From Paracoccus suum (GTDB lineage Bacteria > Pseudomonadota > Alphaproteobacteria > Rhodobacterales > Rhodobacteraceae), in contig NZ_CP030918.1 of assembly GCF_003324675.1 (NCBI RefSeq), positions 930,001 through 962,000 on the forward strand: a stretch of DNA of 32,000 nt, read 5' to 3'. The notes under the pieces are model-generated. The model saw only the letters and a program-made list of their open reading frames with translations. It was not told the DNA's origin and did no database searches. The position numbers and the translations under genes are program-made. Shown piece after piece: positions 1 to 10,419 of the stretch (positions are counted from its first letter, which is position 1; each line of letters begins with the position of its first letter).

Positions 1-142
1 CATCGGGGCCGGTCAGCGCCGCCACCGCCTGTTGCCGCTTCAGTGCGACGCGCATCGCGTCCTGGCCCCAGATCAGCAGCGCGGGCCGGGTGGGATCGGG
101 CCGTGCCAGATAGCGCGCGATCTCGGCGCCCCTGAGGTTCAC
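1..142 (-). CDS. holA: DNA polymerase III delta subunit, N-terminal fragment (gene runs off the left edge)
   Basis: Reverse-strand translation from GTG (142-140) reads [47 protein letters not shown], which resembles alphaproteobacterial HolA N-termini. Its GTG overlaps the upstream gene's stop as GTGA. Fits the conserved leuS-lptE-holA order. Confidence 0.6.
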   Translation of the reverse strand, partial: MNLRGAEIARYLARPDPTRPALLIWGQDAMRVALKRQQAVAALTGPD

Positions 143-669
143 AGGATCGGCGCTGCCAGCAGGCGGGTCATCACCTGATCGGCCAGCATGGTGGCCAGTC
201 GCGCCCGCGCATCGGCCTCTGCCGCGACGGTGGCGACGGTGGTGCCGCTCGCCGCATAACTGGAGAAGCTGCTGACCTCGCCCTCGGTCACGATCTTGCC
301 GGCGGCGTCGGTCAGGCGGAAGCTGGCCTGTCCGTTCAGCGCGAACCGGCTGGTCATGTCGTCGAGGCTGCGAATCTGTGGAGTGGCGGCCAGGGTCAGG
401 CCGTAGCTGAGGGTATAGCCGGAACCTTCGCCGCCCAACCGCTCGGCCATCCGGGCATTGAAGGCGAAATCATCGGGCGTCTTTGGGTCCTGCAGCCGCA
501 CCCGGCCGCGTAGCTTGCCGCCGCTGCCAGCCGGCCCGTAGGCGGGGGTAAAGCCGCAGGCGGCCAGTGCCAGGACGGCGCCAAAGCCGGCAATGACCGC
601 GCGCCGCGAGATTCCCTTTGTGAAGGGGCCTGGATGTCCGCGCCCGGGCGCGCGCTCAGGCGACGACAT
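139..669 (-). CDS. lptE: LPS-assembly lipoprotein LptE-like
   Basis: Internal ATG at 669 of ORF 139..789 (the longer start would overlap leuS by more than 130 nt). Signal peptide with lipobox ([15 protein letters not shown]). Lies immediately downstream of leuS, as is typical for lptE. Confidence 0.6.
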   Translation of the reverse strand: MSSPERAPGRGHPGPFTKGISRRAVIAGFGAVLALAACGFTPAYGPAGSGGKLRGRVRLQDPKTPDDFAFNARMAERLGGEGSGYTLSYGLTLAATPQIRSLDDMTSRFALNGQASFRLTDAAGKIVTEGEVSSFSSYAASGTTVATVAAEADARARLATMLADQVMTRLLAAPIL

Positions 670-3196
670 TGACGATCCGCCCGGGCACGACGATGATTTT
701 CTTTGGTTTTGCGCCCTCCAGAAAGCGCAGGACCTGATCGTCGGCCAGCACCATCGCCTCGATCTCGGACGGCGGCATGCTTCGGGCAACGGTCACCTCG
801 CCGCGGCGCTTGCCGTTGATCTGGATCGGCAGGGTGACGCTGTCCGCGACCAGCATCGCCGGGTCCGCGACCGGCCAGGGCGCGTCGACGACGAGGCCCT
901 CGCCGCCCGCCTTGGCCCAGACTTCCTCTGCCAGGTGGGGGACCATCGGTGCCATCAGCCGCGCCATGATCCGCAGCGCTTCGTGCCTCGCCTCGCCTCC
1001 AGCGCGGGATTTGGCGATGGCATTCGCCAGCTCATAGATTTTCGCGACCGCCTTGTTGAAGGCAAAGCCCTCGATCGCGGCGGTGATTTCGGACGTCGCC
1101 TTGTGCGCGGCGCGGGTCAGGGCGGGATCGTCGCCACCCTCGGCCGGCGCCTCGTCCGCCAGCCGCCAGACGCGGGCGAGGAAACGGTGCGCCGCCTCGG
1201 CCCCGGCGGCGGTCCATTCCACGTCACGCTCCGGCGGGCTGTCCGACAGCATGAACCAGCGCGCTGTGTCGGCCCCGAAGCGGGTGACGATGTCGACCGG
1301 ATCGACCACGTTCTTCTTGGATTTCGACATCTTGGCCGATGGGATGATGTCGACCGCCGTGCCATCGGCCAGCCGCCCCTCGGTCACCGCCTCCGGCAGG
1401 TGATAGATGGGACGGCCCCGCTCGTCATGGGTCACGTAGATCTCGTGCGTGACCATGCCTTGCGTGAATAGCGCATCGAAAGGTTCGATCGCCTTTTCAG
1501 GCAGATGGCCGGTCTGGACCATCGCCCGCGCGAAGAAGCGCGAGTAGAGCAGGTGCAGGATCGCGTGCTCGACCCCGCCGATATACTGGTCGACATTCAT
1601 CCAGTAGTCCGCGTCCGCCAGGTCGGTGGGCGTCGCCGCGTGTGGGGCGGTGAAGCGGGCGTAATACCAGGACGAATCGACGAAGGTGTCCATCGTGTCG
1701 GTCTCGCGCCGGGCCGGGCCGCCGCAGCGCGGGCAGGTGGCCTCGCGCCAGGTAGGGTGGCGGTCCAGCGGGTTGCCGGGCTGGTCAAAGCTGACATCGC
1801 GCGGCAGCAGGACGGGCAGGTTTTTCTTGGCCTCGGGAACAGTGCCGCAGGCGGCGCAATGGAGCACGGGGATCGGACACCCCCAGTAGCGCTGGCGCGA
1901 GATGCCCCAGTCGCGCAGCCGGTATTTCGTCACGCCCTCGCCCCAGCCCTGCTTTTCGGCGAGAGCGATCGCATGATCGACCGCATCGGCGCCGGTCTGG
2001 TCAGCAGGGCCGGCGAAACCGCGGACATAGGTCACCCGATCGGTCTTGGGCGGCACGAAGGCGGCATCGGCGACCAAGGCGTCTGCCTCGGCCACGGTCG
2101 CACCCAAGGGGCCGAAGGCGGCGCCGATGGGAAGGTCGTATTTGCGCGCGAAGTCATGGTCGCGCTGATCGTGCCCCGGCGAGCCAAAGATCGCGCCGGT
2201 CCCGTAGTCCATCAGCACAAAGTTCGCGACCCAGACCGGGATCAGCCGTTCCCGGTCCAGCGGGTGGCGCACGGTCAGGCCAGTATCGTAGCCGAGCTTT
2301 TCGGCAGTCTCGATCGCCTCCTCGCTGGTGCCGAGCCGCCGCGCCTCATTGGCAAATGCCGCGAGCTTGGGATCGTCCTTGGCCAACCGAGCGGCCAGCG
2401 GGTGATCGGGCGCGAGGGCGACGAACGGCGCCTCCATCAGCGTGTCGGGCCGCGTGGTATAGACGTCAATGCCCTCGAACCCCTCGGGGGCGCCGACCGT
2501 CTCGAACCGGAGTTGAAGCCCGCGCGAGCGCCCGATCCAGTTCTGCTGCATGAGGCGCACCTTATCCGGCCAGCCCTTCAGCCCGTCCAGCGCCTCAAGC
2601 AAGTCATCCGCGAAATCGCTGATGCGAAAGAACCATTGCGTCAGCTCGCGCCGCTCGACCGGCGCGTTCGAGCGCCAGCCCTTGCCATCGATGACCTGCT
2701 CGTTGGCGAGCACGGTCATGTCGACCGGGTCCCAGTTCACCATCGCCGATTTGCGCGTAACAAGGCCTGCCGCGAGCATGTCGAGGAACAGCGCCTGCTG
2801 CTGGGCGACGTAATCGTCGTCGCAGGTGGCGAATTCGCGCGACCAGTCGATCGACAGGCCCAGCGGCTTCAACTGGTCCCGCATCGTCGCGATATTGGCA
2901 TAGGTCCAATCCCGCGGATGCCCGCCCGATTCCATCGCCGCGTTTTCGGCAGGCATGCCGAAGGCGTCCCAGCCCATCGGGTGCAGCACCGAAAATCCCT
3001 GCGCGCGTTTGAACCGCGCAACAACATCGCCCATGGCGTAGTTGCGCACGTGGCCCATGTGGATTCGCCCGGAGGGGTAGGGGAACATCTCGAGGACGTA
3101 GTATTTCGGACGCGCGTCGCGGGTGGCGCGGAACGTGCCGGCCTGATCCCAGGCGGCCTGCCAGCGGGCTTCGCTTGTGGCGGGATCATACGGCAT
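656..3196 (-). CDS. leuS: Leucine--tRNA ligase
   Basis: 846-aa ORF with a class I aaRS HIGH-type motif ([12 protein letters not shown]) and KMSKS (AKMSKSKKN). Full-length LeuRS-like sequence with AAGGAA upstream of the ATG. Confidence 0.97.
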   Translation of the reverse strand: MPYDPATSEARWQAAWDQAGTFRATRDARPKYYVLEMFPYPSGRIHMGHVRNYAMGDVVARFKRAQGFSVLHPMGWDAFGMPAENAAMESGGHPRDWTYANIATMRDQLKPLGLSIDWSREFATCDDDYVAQQQALFLDMLAAGLVTRKSAMVNWDPVDMTVLANEQVIDGKGWRSNAPVERRELTQWFFRISDFADDLLEALDGLKGWPDKVRLMQQNWIGRSRGLQLRFETVGAPEGFEGIDVYTTRPDTLMEAPFVALAPDHPLAARLAKDDPKLAAFANEARRLGTSEEAIETAEKLGYDTGLTVRHPLDRERLIPVWVANFVLMDYGTGAIFGSPGHDQRDHDFARKYDLPIGAAFGPLGATVAEADALVADAAFVPPKTDRVTYVRGFAGPADQTGADAVDHAIALAEKQGWGEGVTKYRLRDWGISRQRYWGCPIPVLHCAACGTVPEAKKNLPVLLPRDVSFDQPGNPLDRHPTWREATCPRCGGPARRETDTMDTFVDSSWYYARFTAPHAATPTDLADADYWMNVDQYIGGVEHAILHLLYSRFFARAMVQTGHLPEKAIEPFDALFTQGMVTHEIYVTHDERGRPIYHLPEAVTEGRLADGTAVDIIPSAKMSKSKKNVVDPVDIVTRFGADTARWFMLSDSPPERDVEWTAAGAEAAHRFLARVWRLADEAPAEGGDDPALTRAAHKATSEITAAIEGFAFNKAVAKIYELANAIAKSRAGGEARHEALRIMARLMAPMVPHLAEEVWAKAGGEGLVVDAPWPVADPAMLVADSVTLPIQINGKRRGEVTVARSMPPSEIEAMVLADDQVLRFLEGAKPKKIIVVPGRIVNVVA

Positions 3197-3346
3197 ATGG
3201 GGGTTCCTTGGGCGCGAGGCGGGACAACCCCGCCGACTTACAGGCCGCGGCGGGGCGAATCCAGCCTTGGGTCATGCGAGGGCGGGCCGCCGCACGCGCG
3301 CGCGTCTTGGCGTGATAACCCGGCGGGTGCCAGCGTTCGGCTAGGG

Positions 3347-3877
3347 TTAATATTGCCCGTCGCTGATGCGCAGCTGCCGGGCGCGAGTCAGGATGGCGTC
3401 CTCGACCGCGCGCACGGTGTCCGGTGCGACCGATCCGCCGCCCGCACCTTCGAGCGCCAGCTTCAGCGAGCGCGCGTCCAGAGCCGGATCGGCGATCTTG
3501 ATCGTCGCGCGGTAGCTGCGCCCACCGCCGGGCGGGGTGCCATAGCCGGTCACGATCACGCCGGTGAACGGGTCGATCGACTGGATCGGCAGAAAATTGA
3601 GCACTTCGAGCGAGGCGTTCCACAGGTACTTGTTCACCGCGACGGTGCTGTTGGGGTCCTGGCGGTTGCCGAACAGGTCCCAGACGGTCGATTCCTGCGG
3701 CTGGTCGGCGCGCTGTCGGGCCTGCTGCGATTTCGACGGACCAAAGATATTCAAGCCGCCGCCGCCGCCGCCACCGCCGCACGCGGCGAGACCGGCCACC
3801 AGCACGGCGGCAACTGCAATCGTTCCCGCGCGGCGGTGGGCAACTGGTCGGGCGGCAAGGGTCCAAGCTTTGATCAT
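3347..3877 (-). CDS. Lipoprotein, DUF3576-like
   Basis: ATG at 3877 preceded by GGGAGA. Lipobox VAGLAAC is followed by a run of eight Gly. The C-terminal domain (VNKYLWNASLEVLNFLPIQSIDPFTGVIVTGY...) resembles the DUF3576 lipoprotein family from memory. Confidence 0.6.
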   Translation of the reverse strand: MIKAWTLAARPVAHRRAGTIAVAAVLVAGLAACGGGGGGGGLNIFGPSKSQQARQRADQPQESTVWDLFGNRQDPNSTVAVNKYLWNASLEVLNFLPIQSIDPFTGVIVTGYGTPPGGGRSYRATIKIADPALDARSLKLALEGAGGGSVAPDTVRAVEDAILTRARQLRISDGQY

Positions 3878-4191
3878 CGTCTCCCGGTCTCCCGCTGCGC
3901 CTTCGGTTCGTGTCGCGCGCAAGCCTTAGCCCGGATCACGCACGCGCGACAAGCGTCGCGACACAGCTTCGCGGGTGGCGGGCAAAGCGGCGCCGGACGA
4001 GGGTGCGCCGCTTTGACCGGGCGGCGTGGTTTGGGTCGATGCCGGTTGTGTGACCCATCTGCATCATGCCGTGGCTTTCGGCCCCGATGAAGGCCCGCTT
4101 GTGTTGCAATGAAAGGGTGAAGGGTCGAGATATCGGTCATACCCAAGCCGGCATCCCCGGTTGGGGCACGCAAGAGACAAGAGGGATCGAC

Positions 4192-5310
4192 ATGAAACAG
4201 CTTCTGCTCGCCACCAGCGCGCTGGTCGCCTTCGCCGGCGCTGCCGCCGCTGAAGTCACCGTCACGGGCGACGCCCGCATTGGTCTGCGCTACGACGACG
4301 GCCTGGCCTGCTCCACCTGCGCCGACGGCACCCGTTCGGGCTGGAACACCGTGAGCCGCGCTCGCGCCATCTTCACCATGACCGGCGAAACCGACTCGGG
4401 TCTGTCGTTCGGCGCCAACTTCCGCGCCGACCAGGCCAGCCGCGCTGTCGGCGGCAACGGCGGCTCGTCGTCGGGTACCCGCGGCACCGTCTGGATTTCG
4501 GGCACCTACGGCAAGCTGTCGGCCGGTGACATCGACTCCGGTCTGGAAAGCGCCGTTGGCGACCTGCCGGAAATCGGCGTGTCCAGCCTGAACTACTACA
4601 ACGAGATGCAGTACACCGGTTCGGACCTCGACACCGAAGTCTATGACGAAGCCGGCCTGCTGTACGAGTACAAGTTCGGCGACGCCTCGATCTACGCGTC
4701 GTTCATGGACCAGTACGTTGGCTACTCGGGCGAAAAGCGTCTGACCGGCAACAGCTGGTCGCTGGGCGCTGGCTACAACCTGGGCAACTACACCTTCGGT
4801 ATCGGCTACGAGAAAGCCGGCATCTTCGTTGACCCGGTCAGCTACACCTACCTGAACGAAAGCCTGAGCGATGACGCCACCGTCGGTGTCAACGTGTTCG
4901 ACAACGACAACCGCACCTGGGGTATCTCGGGCGGCACCTCGGTCGCCGGCATCACCTTCAAGGCGATCTACCTGTCGACCAAAGTTGACGGCTCGAACTC
5001 GATCGGTTCGATCTCGAGCGACGACTACGACTTCCGTCAGTACGGCATCGGCGCCGAGTACAAGATGGCCAACGGCGTGCAGCTGGCTGGCTACTGGCGC
5101 AAGCTGGACGGCGACTCGGTCCTGCTGGCCAACGGCCTGCGTAGCGACAACGATGCCAACATCTACGGCATCGGCGCTGGCTACGACCTGGGCGGCGGCG
5201 CGGTTGTCAAAGGCGGTATCGCCCACATCGAAGGCACCAGCGCCTTCCTGGGCGGCGGCCGCGACATCGACCGCACCATCGCCGACTTCGGTCTGCAGCT
5301 GAAGTTCTGA
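4192..5310 (+). CDS. Outer-membrane general porin (Rhodobacter-type)
   Basis: ATG at 4192 preceded by AGAGGGA. Signal peptide MKQLLLATSALVAFAGAAAA/EVTV. G/Y/D/N-rich alternating beta-strand pattern with a C-terminal ...FGLQLKF aromatic terminus. A strong terminator follows. Confidence 0.85.
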   Translation: MKQLLLATSALVAFAGAAAAEVTVTGDARIGLRYDDGLACSTCADGTRSGWNTVSRARAIFTMTGETDSGLSFGANFRADQASRAVGGNGGSSSGTRGTVWISGTYGKLSAGDIDSGLESAVGDLPEIGVSSLNYYNEMQYTGSDLDTEVYDEAGLLYEYKFGDASIYASFMDQYVGYSGEKRLTGNSWSLGAGYNLGNYTFGIGYEKAGIFVDPVSYTYLNESLSDDATVGVNVFDNDNRTWGISGGTSVAGITFKAIYLSTKVDGSNSIGSISSDDYDFRQYGIGAEYKMANGVQLAGYWRKLDGDSVLLANGLRSDNDANIYGIGAGYDLGGGAVVKGGIAHIEGTSAFLGGGRDIDRTIADFGLQLKF

Positions 5311-5333
5311 TCCTCCCGGATCAGTCGATTGGG

Positions 5334-5366
5334 AAAGAGCGGGCCTTGCGCCCGCTCTTTTCTTTT
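5334..5366 (+). terminator. Rho-independent terminator of the porin gene
   Basis: 11-bp perfect stem AAAGAGCGGGC / GCCCGCTCTTT with loop CTTGC, followed by TCTTTT. Confidence 0.65.
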
Positions 5367-5379
5367 GGACATTAGGCTT

Positions 5380-6035
5380 ATGTCCGCCCTCACAGAAATC
5401 CGCGCCCGCATCGCCAAGGCCGAGGCTGCCGCCGGCCGCGCGCCCGGCAGCGTTACCCTGATCGCCGTCAGCAAGGTCCAGCCCCCCGAACGGGTCGAGG
5501 CGGTGCTGCGCGATGGCCAGCGCATCTTTGGGGAGAATTACGTCCAGGAGGCGCAGGGAAAATGGCCGGCATGGCGCGCCGCCTATCCGGACGTGCAACT
5601 GCACATGATTGGCCCGTTGCAAAGCAACAAGGCACGCGTCGCGGTCGATCTGTTCGACGCCATTCACACGGTCGATCGCACCTCGCTGGCGGAAAAGCTT
5701 TCCCGCGCCGTCCAGGCCGCCGGCCGCGCGCCATCGCTGTTCGTTCAGGTGAACACCGGGGCCGAGCCGCAAAAAGCCGGCGTCGCACCGCAGGACACCG
5801 CAAGTTTCGTTCGGCAGATGCGCTCGCTCGACCTGCCCCCGAGGGCCTGATGTGCATCCCGCCCGAGGGCGCGGACCCGATCCCGCATTTCCGCGAACTG
5901 CGCCAGCTGGCCGCGGATCTGAGCCTTGAGGGCCTCTCGATGGGCATGAGCAGCGATTTCGAGGCGGCGATTGCCGAGGGCGCGACCCATGTCCGGGTCG
6001 GCAGCGCCCTCTTCGGCGCCCGCGCCTATACCTGA
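5380..6035 (+). pseudogene. yggS: YggS-family PLP-binding (PLP homeostasis) protein, reading frame broken at a C5 run
   Basis: The N-terminal part ([11 protein letters not shown]...LIAVSKVQP...FGENYVQE...GPLQSNK) is in the frame of ORF 5329..5850 and stops at 5848-5850. The conserved C-terminal part (EGLMCIPP...[28 protein letters not shown]) continues in the frame of ORF 5562..6035. The switch is at CCCCC 5836-5840. Confidence 0.7.
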
Positions 6036-6547
6036 GAGGGCGCCATCCGCCGCGCCCGGGCCGAGGCAAGATTCGGCACCGCTAGCGGTGTGCCGGGCGC
6101 CGCCCGCGCCGCCAGCCACAACAGGTCGGACCGCGCCATGGCGATGCATCCGGCGGTGGGCCAGCCCGGCCGCCGCCACTGGTGCAAAAAGATCGCTGAG
6201 CCTGCGCCTGGGTGGCCGGCGGCGTTCCAGTCGGTCACCAGTACCACGTCATATAGCGAGTCGCTGCGGCGCATGACCTCGTGCGAGGCGGCCATCGGCG
6301 CGCGCGCCGGACGGTTGTAAGCGGGATGCGCGGGATCGTCGCACCACAGATCGCCGGGCAGGATGGGCCGCGCCCATGGGGCAGGGGCCGCCAGCCGGTC
6401 AGGACGGAACAGCGTGGCCGTGACATGCAGCAGGGCGGCGGGTGTTGCCCCGTCGCCCTCGGACTTCGCGCGGGCAATCCCGCCGCGGCCGAGGCTGACG
6501 GGAATCAGCCGCCCGAAGGCCAGCAGCCCGGCCGGGGTCAGCCTCAT
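6026..6547 (-). CDS. L,D-transpeptidase (YkuD) family protein
   Basis: Catalytic signature [21 protein letters not shown] (His ... TAGC). Start overlaps the ribA stop as ATGA. Confidence 0.75.
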   Translation of the reverse strand: MRLTPAGLLAFGRLIPVSLGRGGIARAKSEGDGATPAALLHVTATLFRPDRLAAPAPWARPILPGDLWCDDPAHPAYNRPARAPMAASHEVMRRSDSLYDVVLVTDWNAAGHPGAGSAIFLHQWRRPGWPTAGCIAMARSDLLWLAARAAPGTPLAVPNLASARARRMAPSQV

Positions 6548-7611
6548 AACAGATGTCCCGACTTGGCCGCCTTGACGTCCAGATAGCCGGTGTTGTGGCG
6601 GTTCCGGGGCGTGATCAGCGGCACCCGCTCGGTCACGGCAATGCCGTGGCGCTGCAGCATCTCGACCTTGGCCGGGTTGTTGGTCATCAGCCGGACCTGC
6701 CCGATTCCCAGTTGCCGCAGCATGGCGGCGCCGAGGCGAAAGTCGCGCTCGTCATCCTCGAACCCGAGGCGATGGTTGGCCTCGACCGTGTCGAATCCCT
6801 GCGCTTGCAGGGCATAGGCGCGCATCTTGTTGGCCAGCCCGATGCCCCGCCCCTCCTGATTGAGGTAGAGCAGCACCCCGGCGCCCGCCTCGCCCATGGC
6901 GGCGAGGGCGGCGTACAGTTGCGGGCCGCAATCGCATTTCAGACTGCCCAGAACATCGCCGGTGAAACAGGCCGAGTGCAGCCGGGCCAGCACCGGCGCG
7001 TCGCGGTCGGGCGTGCCGATCTCGACCGCGTAATGCTCGGCCCCACCGTCGTCGGGACGCAGCACATGCAGGCGCGCGACCGGCGCCGCGGCAAGGGGCA
7101 GGCCGGCGGCCGCGACGGGAACCAGCAGCGCCTCGCGCGAGAGTTGCTCGATCAGCAGGCCGGCCGGCAGCTGGTTGATGCCTGCGGGCGAGGGACTCGC
7201 GACCGTCAGCACCGCCGGCAGCAGTTGCGCCGACTTCGCCAGCCCCAAAAGGCCGCGCGCAGGCGTCGCATCGCCGGAGCGGACCGCGCTGAAGGGCCCT
7301 TTCATCGGCCGGTCCAGGTCGCGCGCCGGGTCGGCCATGGCGCGCAACCAATCCAGATCGGCCGCTGGCGGGACCGCCAGCCGCACCAGATCGCCGTCAT
7401 AAGGGCCGATCTTCAGCGTCTCGGCCCGCCGCGCGGTGAGTGCCAGAACAAGAGGGCCGAGTGCGCGCAGCGCCGCGAGACGGGCCGGGGTCAGCGTCTC
7501 GACCGCCGCGCCGAGCGTGCCATCGACCGCCACCGGCAGCCCGATCCGCAGGTCGGCGCGGGCGCGGGCCAGCGTCTCGGCCAAGGTCGGCAGCAGGGGG
7601 GCGGCGGTCAT
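6544..7611 (-). CDS. ribA: GTP cyclohydrolase II (long form with N-terminal extra domain)
   Basis: C-terminal half carries [35 protein letters not shown] and [11 protein letters not shown] motifs. Start chosen at ATG 7611; ATG 7644 is also possible. Confidence 0.85.
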   Translation of the reverse strand: MTAAPLLPTLAETLARARADLRIGLPVAVDGTLGAAVETLTPARLAALRALGPLVLALTARRAETLKIGPYDGDLVRLAVPPAADLDWLRAMADPARDLDRPMKGPFSAVRSGDATPARGLLGLAKSAQLLPAVLTVASPSPAGINQLPAGLLIEQLSREALLVPVAAAGLPLAAAPVARLHVLRPDDGGAEHYAVEIGTPDRDAPVLARLHSACFTGDVLGSLKCDCGPQLYAALAAMGEAGAGVLLYLNQEGRGIGLANKMRAYALQAQGFDTVEANHRLGFEDDERDFRLGAAMLRQLGIGQVRLMTNNPAKVEMLQRHGIAVTERVPLITPRNRHNTGYLDVKAAKSGHLL

Positions 7612-7748
7612 CGGGGGCGATTTTCCTGTAACATTCTGAAACATAACGCCCCCTGGCAACACCATGGCGTGAGATTGATTGCAGGTCGCTTGCGGCGCGC
7701 GCGGGGCGCAAGCAGCTTTCCCCCAATCACGCGATGGAGGCAAGCAAG

Positions 7749-8435
7749 ATGGCTGGTCTGAAAAAGATCCTGCTGGTGGACGACGAGGAAGACCTGCGCG
7801 AGGCGCTGGCCGAGCAACTGGTCGCGACCGAGGACTTTGATGTCTTCGAGGCCGGCAGCGGCGCCGAGGCGGTCGAAAAATCCAAGGGCGCGCTGTTCGA
7901 TCTGGTCGTCCTCGATGTCGGCCTGCCCGACACGGACGGGCGGGAGCTGTGCAAGCGCCTGCGCAAGCAGGGCGTGAAATGCCCAGTGGTCATGCTGACC
8001 GGGCACGATACCGACGCCGATACGATCCTCGGCCTCGACTCCGGCGCCAACGACTACATCACCAAGCCGTTCAAGTTCCCGGTTCTGCTGGCCCGGTTGC
8101 GCGCGCAACTGCGCACGCATGAACAGTCCGAGGACGCCGTTTTCCAGTTGGGCCCGTATACGTTCAAGCCGGCGATGAAGATGTTGATCGATCAGAAAGA
8201 GCGCAAGATCCGCCTGACCGAGAAGGAAACCAACATCCTCAAGTTCCTCTATCGCGCGCAGGATGGTGTCGTGCAGCGGGACGTACTGCTGCACGAGGTC
8301 TGGGGCTACAACGCCGGCGTCACGACCCACACGCTGGAGACGCATATCTATCGCCTGCGCCAGAAGATCGAGCCGGACCCCAGCAATGCTCGGCTGCTGG
8401 TTACCGAAAGCGGCGGCTATCGTTTGGTCGCCTGA
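7749..8435 (+). CDS. OmpR/PhoB-family response regulator (no kinase adjacent)
   Basis: GGAGG lies 8 nt upstream of ATG 7749. The receiver domain has intact acidic pocket and phosphoacceptor residues ([31 protein letters not shown]). The C-terminal winged helix reads [12 protein letters not shown]...[16 protein letters not shown]. Confidence 0.9.
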   Translation: MAGLKKILLVDDEEDLREALAEQLVATEDFDVFEAGSGAEAVEKSKGALFDLVVLDVGLPDTDGRELCKRLRKQGVKCPVVMLTGHDTDADTILGLDSGANDYITKPFKFPVLLARLRAQLRTHEQSEDAVFQLGPYTFKPAMKMLIDQKERKIRLTEKETNILKFLYRAQDGVVQRDVLLHEVWGYNAGVTTHTLETHIYRLRQKIEPDPSNARLLVTESGGYRLVA

Positions 8436-8527
8436 CGCTTGCCGGGCCGGGGTTCGCGCCCCGGCCCTCGCCTAGGTAGGACACCCGAGGTGGACAAGTG
8501 CTGCCCCGCTGGATACCAGCCTGACCC

Positions 8528-9319
8528 ATGTTCACCCTCGCCACCTGGAATATCAATTCGGTCCGGTTGCGCGCGCAACTGGTCTGCCGCCTGCTGGCGG
8601 ACGAGGCGCCCGACATCCTGTGCCTGCAGGAATGCAAATCCCCGGTCGACAAAATCCCGGCCGAGGTGTTTCACGCCCTCGGCTATCATTGGATCGTGGC
8701 GCGCGGGCAAAAGGGCTATAACGGCGTTGCCATCATCTCGCGCATCCCCATCGAGGATGCGGGCGACCGCGATTATGCGCGCCTTGGCCATGCCCGGCAT
8801 GTCGCAGCACGGCTCCCCGGCGGGGTCGTGATACACAACGTCTATGTCCCGGCCGGCGGGGACGAGCCGGACCGCACGGTCAACGTCAAGTTCGGGCAAA
8901 AACTGGATTTCCTGACCGACATGCGGGACGCATTCCATGCCGACCGGCCGGGACGCTCGATCCTGGTCGGCGATCTGAACATTGCCCCGCGCGAGGATGA
9001 CGTCTGGAATCACCGCCAGATGCTGAAGATCGTCAGCCACACGCCGACAGAGGTCGAGCATCTGGGCGCCGCGCAGGACGCCGGCGGCTGGGTCGATGTC
9101 ACGCGCAAGGACATTCCCACTGGTCCGCTCTTCAGCTGGTGGAGCTATCGTGCCCGCGATTGGGCCGCGGCCAACCGGGGCCGGCGCCTGGACCATATCT
9201 GGGCGACGCAGGATATTTCCGGCGCCAGCCACTCCAGCCGTATCCTGCGCGATGTGCGGGGTTGGGAAGGGCCAAGCGATCATGTTCCGGTCTTCGCCCG
9301 ATTCGACCTCGCCCCCTGA
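8528..9319 (+). CDS. xthA: Exodeoxyribonuclease III (AP endonuclease)
   Basis: 263 aa with an ExoIII-family pattern: TWNINSVR, LCLQECK, GDLNIAP, C-terminal SDHVPV. Confidence 0.92.
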   Translation: MFTLATWNINSVRLRAQLVCRLLADEAPDILCLQECKSPVDKIPAEVFHALGYHWIVARGQKGYNGVAIISRIPIEDAGDRDYARLGHARHVAARLPGGVVIHNVYVPAGGDEPDRTVNVKFGQKLDFLTDMRDAFHADRPGRSILVGDLNIAPREDDVWNHRQMLKIVSHTPTEVEHLGAAQDAGGWVDVTRKDIPTGPLFSWWSYRARDWAAANRGRRLDHIWATQDISGASHSSRILRDVRGWEGPSDHVPVFARFDLAP

Positions 9320-9492
9320 GCGGGCAACTGGACGATCCGACTTGCGGTCCCGCAACCGCAACCGCACACGCATCGCGCCGCGACCGAACACGAACCCGGC
9401 ATCGCGCCCCCTTTCATGCGCGCGCCCAAGGTCCCATATTGCCAGCCGACCGGCGTTTGCGCCGAGACACCATCAGAAGCGAGACCAGCAAG

Positions 9493-10419
9493 ATGATTTT
9501 GCAAGGTTCGGGAAACGCACCCGATGCGGCGGCAGGGCCGCAGGCCGCCGATTTCATCAAGGACGTGTCCGAAGCGACCTTCATGGCCGAGGTGATCGAC
9601 GCCTCGATGCAGGTTCCGGTGATCGTCGATTTCTGGGCACCTTGGTGCGGCCCGTGCAAGACTCTCGGCCCGCAACTCGAGGCCGAGGTCGCGCGCCACA
9701 AGGGCCGCGTGCGTATGGCCAAGGTCAATGTCGACGAAAACCAGATGATCGCCGGTCAGTTGCGCGTGCAGTCCATCCCGGCTGTGTTCGCCTTCTTCCA
9801 AGGCCAGCCGGTCGACGCCTTTCAGGGCGCCATCCCGCCCAGCCAGATCAAGGCATTCGTCGACAAGTTGATCGCGCTTGGCGGCGACGATGGCGGCCTT
9901 GGCGCCGCGCTGGAGGCGGCCGAGGCGATGCTCGCCGAGGGCGCGTTCGACGATGCCGCCGAGACTTTCCAGGCGGTCATCGGCGAAGAGCCGGAAAATG
10001 CCCCCGCCTGGGGTGGTCTGGTCCGCGCGCAACTGGCCGCCGGCCAGCCCGACGCGGCGGCGCTGTCGCTGGCCAAGGTGCCGGCAAAGATTACTGCCGC
10101 GGCCCCGGTCGAGGCCGCGCGCGCCCAGCTGGCCCTGGCGCAGCAGGCCCAGAAGGCTGGACCGTTGTCCGACCTCGAAGCGCGGGTCGCGGCCGATCCG
10201 GCCGACCACCAGGCCCGCCTCGACTATGCGACGGCGCTACATGCTGCGGGCCAGACCGAGGCTGCGGTCGACCAGCTGCTAGACCTCTTCCGTCAGGATC
10301 GCGAGTGGAACGACGGGGCCGCCAAGGCGCAACTGGTCACCATCTTTGACGCCCTTGGCCCCAGCGACCCGATCGCCCTGAAGGGGCGCCGGCGGCTGTC
10401 TTCGCTCTATTTCGTCTGA
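9493..10419 (+). CDS. Thioredoxin-domain plus TPR co-chaperone (YbbN/Trx-TPR family)
   Basis: Internal ATG 9493 of ORF 9139..10419. Intact WCGPC active site is followed by an Ala-rich helical repeat region and a conserved C-terminus (RRRLSSLYF). Confidence 0.85.
   Translation: MILQGSGNAPDAAAGPQAADFIKDVSEATFMAEVIDASMQVPVIVDFWAPWCGPCKTLGPQLEAEVARHKGRVRMAKVNVDENQMIAGQLRVQSIPAVFAFFQGQPVDAFQGAIPPSQIKAFVDKLIALGGDDGGLGAALEAAEAMLAEGAFDDAAETFQAVIGEEPENAPAWGGLVRAQLAAGQPDAAALSLAKVPAKITAAAPVEAARAQLALAQQAQKAGPLSDLEARVAADPADHQARLDYATALHAAGQTEAAVDQLLDLFRQDREWNDGAAKAQLVTIFDALGPSDPIALKGRRRLSSLYFV

Noticed and set aside
1505-4090. Very long ORFs antisense to or overlapping confident genes. Examples: 1505..4090 (+), 3874..6069 (-), 6553..7761 (+), 8417..9391 (-), 9096..10349 (+), 11492..12583 (+), 12668..14089 (-), 24506..26038 (-), 27431..28390 (-).
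   Set aside because: Their translations are Arg/Pro/Gly/Ala-rich low-complexity strings with no recognisable motifs. Each lies opposite or out of frame to a gene with clear family signatures. Stop-poor alternative frames are expected at this GC content.
3878-4191. 314-bp spacer upstream of the porin gene, searched for a promoter (TTGCAA at about 4105 with GAGATA/GATATC downstream), inverted repeats (GTGTCGCG ... CGCGACAC) and small genes.
   Set aside because: The -10 candidates match the consensus poorly, the repeats are short, and no credible small ORF or RNA signature was seen. It is most likely an ordinary long porin leader and divergent promoter region.
7612-7748. Possible FMN (RFN) riboswitch upstream of ribA.
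   Set aside because: The leader is only about 135 nt, shared with a divergent promoter region. It lacks the conserved RFN core segments I can recall.
8444-8467. GC-rich hairpin GGGCCGGGG-N6-CCCCGGCCC after the response regulator gene, considered as a terminator.
   Set aside because: No downstream T-tract. It may be a termination or stability element, but it does not meet intrinsic-terminator criteria as the two reported terminators do.
9351-9372. Short hexamer reiteration CGCAAC CGCAAC CGCACA CGCA in the xthA-to-thioredoxin spacer.
   Set aside because: There are only two exact copies, with no flanking structure or known motif. This is compatible with chance in GC-rich DNA.
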